This document shows, piece after piece, positions 38,101-50,100 of a stretch of DNA of 64,000 nucleotides. Numbering within the stretch: the stretch's first letter is position 1; the number at the start of each line of letters is the position of its first letter. Under the pieces are notes generated by a model. It made no database searches and was not told where the DNA came from. It saw only the letters and a program-made list of their open reading frames with translations. The position numbers and the translations under genes are program-made. Origin of the DNA: Phoronis australis (taxonomy: Eukaryota > Animalia > Phoronida); the NCBI GenBank assembly GCA_002633005.1, contig NMRA01000499.1, positions 62,001-126,000 of the forward strand. Reading direction: 5' to 3'.

Positions 38101-41100
38101 CTTCTTCCCACCTACGACGACGAGTACGAATATCCAGAAAGCTGCCTTGACTGTGAAGTTCCTGAGGATGAGCCCTACACCACTGAGCTTTTCGACACGT
38201 CACTCTACGAAGATACCAAACTGATTGGCAATTTAACACTTAACAATTTCACCAAGGAGCGCTTCCTAAGAATCGACGAAAACCTCGTTGAGTGCGTCGG
38301 GAACCTAATAGAGGAAGGCGATCTCAATATCCTGGTGACAGATGGATACAGAAATAAGCTGGACAACGAAGAGAATGAAGAAACGAAACACGAGGAAGAG
38401 ATGTTACGTCACCAGTCTGGTCAGGCTGTAATTGTCAAAATGGCCACGGAAACGACAGGTGAAACTGAACTGATATCAATTGGGAAGGTTAGTTTATTTT
38501 AAACCTACTGATTTTTACGATTTTCATGAAAAAACTTTTTTCGTTTCCCAGTGGCGACGCTTGATCCTCAGCAGCATTAGGTTCGGATTACCACCGAGTT
38601 CCTTCTAAATCGACATGCAAACCTCTTCATGTTAAACTATTCTGAAGTTCACTCCATTCCTCAAACAGTCGGGAAGATAGGCATCAATACGATAGCTGCT
38701 GCGTCTTCGACACTTGGATAATACTAGTATAATTAGATATTATAACTTTAAATTGACTTCGACTTTGACTTAAACTTGCCTGTCAGTTCAAAGCCGGTCA
38801 CCGGGTCCTGGCTACTTCAGCATAAACCGAAAGATTCTTTGTCAAAACAAACCAGCACTATTCAACTAACTTATGGTACAAAGTCATGACCAACCCTCAT
38901 TTTCTCCATTTATTCGCTGTCTCAAGAGACATGCATTTTACTGTCGAGTCCACATGGAGTGAAAGTCATAAATTGTCCTGTTTACACTTTGCACTAGCCT
39001 TTTTATTTGATTACCAAAACGCATTTTAGTGGTAAATTTGTATACTTATCCCATGTATGTGAAAATATGGATGTTGTATACGTCAGGTTATTTACTGTGA
39101 AATACGGGAAAGTAGAGCCAATGTGTATTCAACGTTAGAAGCCGTATACAACGGTAGAAGTTGTATTTCCCGGATAGATTGTTTCTAAGTTTCCAATAAA
39201 CTTTTAATATTTTTGAATGGTTCAGTGCTTTAACTAGTATATTTCATAAACTGAAAATTCTTATCAATTTATTATGAAATAAATCTTTACTGATTATTCA
39301 ACACTTTCACAGCAGGATAGTCTTGTCGCTTAACCGGCTTGATACCGTATATAACAAGCCAGAGCACACGGCAACAAGGTTTTGCGGTGATGGTGCAAAT
39401 AAGTGCATATACATGGGATAAATACGTTATCCCGCATACATAGAAATACTACTGCGATATCCTATCTCGAATTCATTTCATCTGGGAATGTCTCGTTGGG
39501 ACATTCCCAGGTGAACTGAATTTTCGATAAGATATGGCAATAGTATTGCTATGTATGTGGGATAACCTATATTTATCTTAGTGTTGAGAACTGTGCACAG
39601 ATACATTTTCGCTGATGGCAAATCGCCTTGTTTGCACTGGGCTGAGTTTGGCAATGTCTAGCTTATGACTTTTACTAATGGTTCTTTTTACACCTGGTCC
39701 CGGAGTCTATTTGTTACTCGAAATCTAACTCGAAAATACTGTTGACACCCTCGAGATAATTAGCTATAATTCTTTGTTGTAGTATGTTAAGTATTAAACC
39801 AATAAGTGCTTTATCCAAGTTCGCACTTGATGCCCCCCACTAGATTTGAACTACGACCTTGATTGAAAACTAGCAATTTCAAGTAAAAACTCGAGAATTT
39901 GTGTTCACTGGCAGACTTGAATTCATAGTTTTAATGATAGGGTCACCAAGTGCAAAATAGAATTACACAGTCTCGCGTGATTACACTCCAGCAACCGACA
40001 CTTACCTATAAACATGATGCTATCTGTTATTCAGAGTCGTCGTCAGCTAGAGTCCATCTTCATTGTGGGTTTCGACCTTGTCCTAGAACCCTCTCGGATG
40101 ATAGGTTTCTGAACGCTAATCATACCTCCAGCCGACGCCGGGGTTGCTATTTGTTTTCACGTTGTAACCACAGCCACATGGTTGCTTCCTCCGCTGCTCT
40201 TACTGTTGACTTAAACATATCAGCTCGCCTTCTTGGTGAAATGCCCATTGCATAACATCGTCATCCGCCACATGATGCTTGCAATAAACCCTCGGCAGCC
40301 AACTTTTACGAGAATCCAGAAGCACTTACAACCATTCGCTCTACATTCCTACGATAGCTCTTCGTACTTAAGAAGTTTCCTCTGGTAACCTCCGGCACCC
40401 TAGTCTCCCAGGATACAGTTGACTCAGTCAGAATCCCTACCACCTTGCTGTGTGACCACATCACTATGTCTAGTTTCAACTGGGTAACTACTCGGAAATG
40501 TGACCACATCCACCACAATCTTCCAGTAAGTCATGCCTAGAACACCAGAGTCACATTTCCTCATGGATCTTTCGCTTTTGTAGATTTGGATGAATACCTT
40601 GCCTGAGTGAGTCGCTTTCTTCCTTCTCTATAGATCTAAAACATGGAAAATCACTTCAGAATCTTGTCATGGCACAAGATGTACTTCCCTGAAGCGAGCG
40701 CTTCTTTGCAGTTGGATAAAACGCGTTCCAATGTACAACGCTTGTCACAGCCCCTGCAGCTATCATCCTCAGTCATGCTCCAAATTCGAAGATTGACTGG
40801 AGTTGGAAGAGTGTCGTATACGAAACCAAGTAGAAAACCCAGTCTGAATTCATCTGGAAACAGAAGGTCTTTACCAATTATCCTTCTATTATAACTCCTT
40901 CCCATGATATCCATGCACCCTGTTTGTTCATTCCAACCGCTTCAGCGTAGGCCTATATTCTCTCATTCTCCTGGGATCTACCTTCGTCCAGTACCATTTT
41001 GCGTTTCTCTTTCCCAGTTGACGACTTCCACCTATCCGCTGGAACCATTCCCAATCCCTGTCTTCCATTATGGCAGACTCTACCCACAATGCCTTTGTGT

Positions 41101-44100
41101 CTTAACCTACTCTCTGTTTCATCTACTGCTTCTGCAGCCTTCCACATCCTTCCAAAATCTACCGACGTAAGTCGCTCTTTCTAAGCATCGCATCTTTCGA
41201 GATCCGCATAGTCAATAATGTTCGGCACTTTACTATCTTAACTCTTCTACTATCGATGTTACTTGTGGCGAAACTGCACCACCTTTGATGTATAAGCCGA
41301 GTCTTGCAAAGCTTGGAGAGACCCCCAAACACTTCCTTGATACATTTTGAGTTCGTACTAAAATAGAATAGCAATGTTAGAAATAATTTCAAGTTCGACT
41401 TGTAGTAAAGAAGTTACACCCCATCATCTAAGTACGATCACTATGCGTGTGCAATGACGTTGCCTGCTGCACTTATGCCTATTGAAGCAATGGCTTCCCC
41501 AGGGAAATGGAAAATTTACGCTTTATCTGAACCAATTTATTCGTCATTTTAACATTTGGGTACAATAGTTTATTTCGGAGGGGCAACAGGTGATTTTGCG
41601 TCTGTCCGCCCTCTGTTTCATGTGTATACCCAGACTATTTCCAAACCTAGTTAAATTTCTTCATCGAAGGTACTTTCACATTGTTGTGAAATCAGATTCA
41701 ATAATTCAGGGCTCTGTGGGCCTATGGAGGCTGACGTTCCCTGTTGTTGTTCGTATCTGTGTTAAATTGTTGTCTTTTAACTTTTAAATCACATTCAATT
41801 TATCTCAACGTCTGCAAACAACCTACCACGTCTCTAAGTAAGTGACCATCTTATATACTACAATGCCTCTAGAGACCAATGACGAACCTATTCTCCCGAT
41901 CTATGATTCGTCATTTCAATTATTTCTTGCAAAGTACCTCGTTCATTAAAAATATTTATCGATACAGTTTTTGTAGCAAACCCAATAAACCATTGGCCCA
42001 TTGATTTGGGCTGCCGACTAGTTATTCACATTGAATGAGTGATTGAAATCAACAATAAAAGTGTTTCGAACTTCTTAAAGGACACAGTCGTTTTAATGGC
42101 AATAAAAACTGGGCTTATTTCAGATAGAGTTAACTTCTTGAAGTTATTAGCTTTCACCAGAACTATAAAATAGAAAAATCTGCTGTGTTATGTGAAAGCC
42201 TGATAACTATAACTGCTAACGTATGCAGTTTTTGGGGTTAAAATTATTACGAGAGTACGGACCTGGATGTTAATTTACGTGCCAGTCAAAATGAGCTTCC
42301 GAGTAAACCTGTACCTGGCTGCTACATCGCCCCAACAGTTAGCGCAATCGAGGGTCACTGGCCTTGCAGATCTTTGCGAAAACAAAAGAAAAACATCACC
42401 TAAGAAAATCAAAGTATTTCTAATGAAAACCCTCTGAACAGTGTGAAGAAAAGTCATGTAATTTCAGTACGTTTTATTAATGCTTCATTGACGCTAATTA
42501 TGTGTCATTAAAGGGATATTCTCAGCGAGAAAAATAATTTATCAGAAATTATAAGTAACTAGCTTTGAAATACAAGCCGTATGTCCTACCTCTAAGCCAA
42601 AACCCCACTCGTTAAATAGCGGAATATTTTAAGCTTGCTTAAATGGTAAAGGAATCGGCCTTGATTTCAGGGAACGTCTGGCAGACATCGGCAAAAATTA
42701 GACTTGTGATAAAATCACTAAACACGACAGATTTTTGTAGATAGCTCTAGTCAAGGCTTGTGCAGTAATCCCCAAAATGCGTTTTCAACAGTAATGTCCC
42801 TTTAAAGAGTTACTTTGTAAAGAACAGTGTTTATTTCCAGGGCGTCATTAACATCTGTGGTAACCAAATCGATCCTCAACAGCGTATGCTGGGAATTGGC
42901 GTCCATGAAGACGAGTTGTATTTCGACTTCCGCCCCAAACCATGGACCGCGCCTTCGTCGGTGCAGGCCAAAATGTGGACTCACGATGGGGGCAGCGAAA
43001 ATGTCGTCACTGAGCTAAAACAGTTCTTAAAGGCTGTCCAAGGTAAAAATTTCATTAGAGTAAATCCGGAGAGACACTCTCATTCATTTTGTATTGGGCT
43101 ATGTCTTAGCGAAATCAGCCATCTCCTGTATTTAATCAAATTCCTAAGGAATAATTTGCCCCAAATAACAATTACACAACTTCCAAATTTCTGGAAAGAA
43201 CGGTAAAGTTATATTTTGCTTGTGACAACTGAGGAACAGTACTGAAATAATGTGTGCCTTCATAGTTCGAATCTTTAGTTATACAGTACACGCCTTGTTC
43301 AAAATCCTATTCGGTTTCTTAAGCTAGCAAAGATTACTCGCGTCGGATTTCTTCTAGGTATTTGGTAGTTTGATGAAGCCGTATGTCGTAGTTTTCGTGC
43401 CCTGCAACTATTCGGTCATCTTCGTATGTCGAAGCGTTCGTGCCCTGCAACTACTCGGTCATCGTATGTCAGTGGCAGATCTACGATTTCAGTAAGGGGG
43501 AGTTTAGGATTCGAGAGAATCCGAGGCGCGTAGCGCCGAGGAGAAGGAAGGTCGCGAGAGGGTTTCCTTCCTTCCGTGTAAGGTTTTTTGGGATTTTTAG
43601 TAGCTAATTTCGTTTTTCTGGTGATTTTTTTTTCCAGTTTTTATTTTTGATCCTGTCCCGAGGGGGGGTTTAAACCCCCTGAACCCCCCTGTAGATCCGC
43701 CTCTGTATGTCGTAGTGTTTGTGCCCTGCAACTACTCGGTCATCTTCGTGTGTTGTAGTGTTTGTGCCCTGCAACTACTCGGTCATCTTCGTGTGTTGTA
43801 GTTTTCCTGCCCTGCAACTATTCGGTCATCTTCGTATGTCGAAGCGTTCGTGCCCTGCAACTACTCGGTCATCGTATGTCAGTGGCAGATCTACGATTTC
43901 AGTAAGGGGGAGTTTAGGATTCGAGAGAATCCGAGGCGCGTAGCGCCGAGGAGAAGGAAGGTCGCGAGAGGGTTTCCTTCCTTCCGTGTAAGGTTTTTTG
44001 GGATTTTTAGTAGCTAATTTCGTTTTTCTGGTGATTTTTTTTTCCAGTTTTTATTTTTGATCCTGTCCCGAGGGGGGGTTTAAACCCCCTGAACCCCCCT

Positions 44101-47100
44101 GTAGATCCGCCTCTGTATGTCGTAGTGTTTGTGCCCTGCAACTACTCGGTCATCTTCGTGTGTTGTAGTGTTTGTGCCCTGCAACTACTCGGTCATCTTC
44201 GTGTGTTGTAGTTTTCCTGCCCTGCAACTATTCGGTCATCTTCGTATGTCGAAGCGTTCGTGCCCTGCAACTACTCGGTCATCGTATGTCAGTGGCAGAT
44301 CTACGATTTCAGTAAGGGGGAGTTTAGGATTCGAGAGAATCCGAGGCGCGTAGCGCCGAGGAGAAGGAAGGTCGCGAGAGGGTTTCCTTCCTTCCGTGTA
44401 AGGTTTTTTGGGATTTTTAGTAGCTAATTTCGTTTTTCTGGTGATTTTTTTTTCCAGTTTTTATTTTTGATCCTGTCCCGAGGGGGGGTTTAAACCCCCT
44501 GAACCCCCCTGTAGATCCGCCTCTGTATGTCGTAGTGTTTGTGCCCTGCAACTACTCGGTCATCTTCGTGTGTTGTAGTGTTTGTGCCCTGCAACTACTC
44601 GGTCATCTTCGTGTGTTGTAGTGTTTGTGCCCTGCAACTGCTCGGTCATCTTCGTGTGGAAAATTAAAGCTGCATTTCACTTCCTTAAGCTTTCTAAACA
44701 CGAAAAATAAAGTTTGCATAGTACTCTCATGAAATCGGTCTCACCTAGGATCCAACACATTCGGAACCTAGGTCTTCTTACCGTGATCTATCGGAACCTA
44801 GGTCTTCTTACCGTGATCTATCGGAACCTAGGTCTTCTTACCGTGATCTATCGGAACCTAGGTCTTCTTACCGTGATCTATATGGAACCTAGGTCTTCTT
44901 ACCGTGATCTATCGGAACCTAGGTCTTCTTACCGTGATCTATCGGAACCTAGGTCTTCTTACCGTGATCTATCGGAACCTAGGTCTTCTTACCGTGATCT
45001 ATCGGAACCTAGGTCCATTTACCGTGATCTATTGGAACCTAGGTCTTCTTACCGTGATCTATCGGAACCTAGGTCTTCTTACCGTGATCTAGGATTCAGA
45101 ATGGTGGATCCTACCGGTGATAGGATTCTATCTCCGTTACCAACCACGACACTTAAATCATTTTAGCGACTGAAGAAAACGTGTCATAGTATGGCATTGC
45201 GTGGCTAATCCAGAAAAATAACACATGCACGCATCGCCTGTCACTAGAGTTTCTCGCTCATTTGACAACAATTCAAGACTGGGTGAGCGTGGTCATGTTT
45301 TTAAACCCAATTAAGAATTTAGCAGTGACAGCTAAACAGCCACTAATTCCCCTTTAATAGACTTCACAGGCAACAGAACGACTATTGGCGTCGTACAAAG
45401 AGAACTTAGATGTGAAGAATGGTACACATGGACATGTATTCGACAACGCAAATCTATTTCAGTTATGGTACACTGGCTTGCCGAGTCTCATGTTTGGTTC
45501 ATTTAAATTAGCGTTCAACAATGACAAGATAATTTTAAAAAGCAGATAGAAAAACTGTGAGCCTGTAGTTATTTCCCCTGCATTTCTAGTGATACTAGCT
45601 TCACTGTATGCCTTATGAGCTAACAACTAACTCGATTTACATTCACGTTTCAGGTGGACCTCCAATCTCGGCTCTTGATGTCGCCACAGCGTGTAAATTC
45701 AAGCTTGGAGAACTGAATTACTATTTTAACTTTAAAACAGATGCTGGGTTGTAAGTTCCAGCTCCTGCGGTGTTTAAGATTAATCATTATAGGTGCATGT
45801 AGGTCCTGCCAACGACGAAAGTATCAAAACATGCCAACTAAAATTAACTGTAATTTATCATTCTTGTGGACCTGAAACGAACTGTACGCTCACAATGTGT
45901 TATCAATTTATTTGGAAGAGTAGAGCTACTGAGGAATCGTAAATAATTATTCTTGGAATTTTGTGGGTGAAGAATTGTGGAAAATCTAATTCAACAGTGG
46001 TCAAATGCAAAAATCATCTGAGCGTTTAGGGATAAAAAAAATCAAATTTTTATTAGCTGCAACTTCTAAAATGTTTTATGCGCACAATCTCAGGCCAATG
46101 ATACATCGACATTTGTGACGGTGGGCGACAGATTTTTCTGTCACATCAACGAGGAAAAGATGAAGGTTGCGCAACTCATGATGTCAGACCTGTCCGTATT
46201 GAAGCTCACACCCGTGTTAAAGTAGAAATAGCGGACTTAAGGGAAATCTATCCATTTCATTCGCAACACAAATAGGGTATTTTAATACTGAAACCTGAAG
46301 CAAGCTGTCCAAAGTCGATCACGTGATCGATTTTGGGCGAAGTAAAATATAGCTGGTGATTTTTGAGGTAATCACAAACCAGCTCGTGTTCATCACGGAA
46401 CGAATTGCAAAAATATTTAGCCACGGTTATGTTACAAATTATCAGAAGTTCAGTGGGATTCACAACAATTTTACGGAATTGTGTTGTAGGGTTTTCTGAG
46501 CCAAGCGATCCGTCGTTCGGTCGACTAAAACCACATTTGCAGGCTCTCAGCCGCTTCCGGATTGGAGCACGGAATCGAGTTTCGAGCTTCACCTTACATT
46601 CTGACACTAATTTCACTTGACAGTCTGACCTTTCGCGACAAAACATTGAATACAATTGTTCAGAGCTGAAACGATACTGGTGACAACTGATCCATTTAGT
46701 AGAGTGCGAAAAAAAAACAATAGGCTTGCTCCCTGTTGGAAAGCTTTGGAAAGAGATTTGACCTGATAGACTGGCTTCAGGTAGACAGACCATGCGTCTT
46801 GGCGGCAGGATGCAGGTAAACAGGCCGTGCGTCTTGGCGGCAGGATGCAGGTTAACAGACCATGCGTCTTGGCGGCAGGATGCAGGTAAACATACCATGC
46901 GTCTTGGCGGCAGGATGCAGGTAAACAGACCACGCGTCTTGGTGGCAGGATGCAGGTAAACAGACCATGCGTCTTGGTGACAGGATGCAGGTGAACAGAC
47001 CATGCGTCTTGGCGGCAGGATGCACGTAAAATAGTATATTTGGTGAAATAGGGTTACATGTGACCTGTGATAAATTCAAAACTGAAGTTTGATTTCAGTC

Positions 47101-50100
47101 ATACCTAACGGGGGACTTTTCAGTTTAGACTAATGAGGCCACGAAAATGACCGATTGATCGCTACTCAGATTTTGTGGACAGAAATTCAATTAACGGTAC
47201 TACGGAATTGCTTCTCCTGTAAAATAAAAATAGTTAATGAGAACACAACAGAATTTGGTAAAAATTACCAAACAAGCCTAAGTGAGTCATGTCTAGACCA
47301 GATGATTGTTAATGCTGACAATGTGAACAGTGATGACAATGGCTGACAAATCTGGACTCAAGACTAAGTGCACAATCTCGATGTAAACTCCAATGTTTGC
47401 ACTTTACTTTCAGTTTGGCCGACCGCGATTGCGAGAAGACGGCTTACTCCTCTGAATTTTGCAAGAAGACGCAATCTTACCGGAAGCAACAGATGTTGAG
47501 GGTGGAAGATATGTTAAGAAGGAAAGCTCAGCTCACTACCAGCCATCGAGACTACGCAAGAGTGAAAAAGGCACTGATGGCATGCCTCGTTGATAATTGC
47601 ANCCACAGCGTGTAAATTTAAGCTTGGAGAACTGAATTACTATTTCAACTTTAAAACAGATGCTGGGTTGTAAGTTCTAACTCCTGCGGTGTTTAAGATT
47701 AATCATTATAGGTGCATGTAGGCCCTGCCAACTACCAAAGTATCAAAACATACCAACTAAAATTAACTGTCATTTATTATTCTAGTGGACCTGAAACGAA
47801 CTGTACGCTCACAATGAGCGTGTTATCAATTTATATGGAAGGGTAGAGCTCCTGAGGAATCGTAAATAATCATTCTTGGAATTCTGTGGGTGAAGAATTG
47901 TGGAAAATCTAATTCAACGGTGGTCAAATGCAAAAATCATCTGAGCTTTTAGGGATAAAGAAATCAAATTTTTATTAGCTGCAACGTCTAAAACGTTTTA
48001 TGCGCACAATCTCTGGCCAATGATACATCGACTTTTGTGGCGGTGGGCGACAGATTTTCTCAAAGTACTTCTCTGTCACATCAACGAGGAAAAGGTGAAG
48101 GTTGCGGAACTCATGATGTCAGACCCGTCCGTATTGAAGCTCACACCAGTGTTAAAGTAGAAATAGCGGACCTAAGGGAAATCTATCCATGTCATTCGCA
48201 ACACAAATAGGGTATTTTAACACTGAAACATGAACCAAGCTGTCCAAAGCAGATCACGTGATCGATTTTGGGCTAAGTAAAATATAGCTGGTGATTTTTG
48301 AGGGAAACACAAACCACCTCGTGTTCATCACAGAATAAAAATATTTAGCCACGGTTATGTTACAAATTATCAGAAGTTCAGTGGGATTCAAAACAATTTT
48401 ACGAAATTTTGTTGTAGGGTTTTCTGAGCCAAGCGATCCGTCATTCGGTCGACTAAAACCACATTTGCAGGCTCTCAGCCGCTTCCGGATTGGAGCAGGG
48501 AATCGAGTTTCGAGCTTCACCTTGCATTCTGACACTAATTTCACTTGACAGTCTGACCTTTCGCGACAAAACATTGAATACAATTGTTCAGAGCTGAAAC
48601 GATACTGGTGACAACTGATCCATTTAGTAGAGTGCGGATTGACAAAAAAACAATAGGCTTGCTCCCTGTTGGAAAGCTTTGGAAAGAGATTTGACCTGAT
48701 AGACTGGCTTCAGGTAGACAGACCATGCGTCTTGGCGGCAGGATGCAGGTAAACAGACCGTGCGTCTTGGCGGCAAGATGCAGGTAAACATACCATGCGT
48801 CTTGGCGGCAGGATGCAGGTAAACAGACCACGCGTCTTGGTGGCAGGATGCAGGTAGACAGACCATGCGTCTTGGTGACAGGATGCAGGTGAACAGACCA
48901 TGCGTCTTGGCGGCAGGATGCACGTAAAATAGTATATTTGGTGAAATAGGGTTACATGTGACCTGTGATAAATTCAAAACTGAAGTTTGATTTCAGTCAT
49001 ACCTAACGGGGGACTTTTCAGTTTAGACTAATGAGGCCACGAAAATGACCGATTGATCGCTACTCAGATTTTGTGGACAGAAATTCAATTAACGGTACTA
49101 CGGAATTGCTTCTCCTGTAAAATAAAAATAGTTAATGAGAACACAACAGAATTTGGTAAAAATTACCAAACAAGCCTAAGTGAGTCATGTCTAGACCAGA
49201 TGATTGTTAATGCTGACAATGTGAACAGTGATGACAATGGCTGACAAATCTGGACTCAAGACTAAGTGCACAATCTCGATGTAAACTCCAATGTTTGCAC
49301 TTTACTTTCAGTTTGGCCGACCGCGATTGCGAGAAGACGGCTTACTCCTCTGAATTTTGCAAGAAGACGCAATCTTACCGGAAGCAACAGATGTTGAGGG
49401 TGGAAGATATGTTAAGAAGGAAAGCTCAGCTCACTACCAGCCATCGAGACTACGCAAGAGTGAAAAAGGCACTGATGGCATGCCTCGTTGATAATTGCAA
49501 TGAATGCATCGAAGGTGGGATGCTGTATGATTTGCTAAATATATTAATTCTTTGCCTGCATTCCCCGTTGATAAAGTTAGTATCACGTGGCCTTAAATAC
49601 AAGTGTACTCTGTTAGCCAAATTTTGGCATTTTTCTGGTGCCCTACATAACGTGGATCCCTTGCAGGGATGGTGGTTTAGTATGCATGTGACACGTACAG
49701 GTATCAACAACTTTCGGTCGAATTCGTGTTCCTTGGTTGGTTTTCATGACGTTTGGCGAATAAGTTTCTACTATCCACACCGTTTTTTTTTTATATTTGA
49801 ACGTCTTTGGCGTATTCTGTGCCCTAGCTTTAACAGCTACTGTTGGAGTCTTTTTGGTGTTCTCCACTCTGACAAACCGCCCATTATAAAACTTGGCAAA
49901 CGTGTTCCTAATGACAAGAACAACTAACGCTGATTTTAGGATTTACTACTACTGTGCTCTAGTGGTAGTTTTACGTCCGCAGCTATACGTCATGTAGGCC
50001 TATCTCCAGAGCCCCCTGTGGGATCTTTGCGAAATTTGGCAAGAGCATATATATGGAGGTGGCAACGATGAACGAATTCTTTCCAACGAATCCGACTACC

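Noticed and set aside
43381-45091. CRISPR-like appearance of the 43-bp and 30-bp repeats
   Set aside because: Units are contiguous or separated by identical inserts, with no unique spacers, no cas genes and a eukaryotic intron context.
44714-45166. 150-aa repetitive ORF (RNLGLLTVIY / EPRSSYRDLS)
   Set aside because: It is a by-product of a stop-free 30-bp minisatellite and does not fit the splice chain.
46257-47079. Long minus-strand ORFs (248 aa and others) and their copies at 48254-48977
   Set aside because: They run through the 35-bp VNTR and intron sequence, and the frames are not preserved between the two copies.
49515-49927. 3' extension of the 210-aa ORF 49295..49927
   Set aside because: Only 49312-49514 is exon; the rest is read-through into intron and HINE-like repeat.
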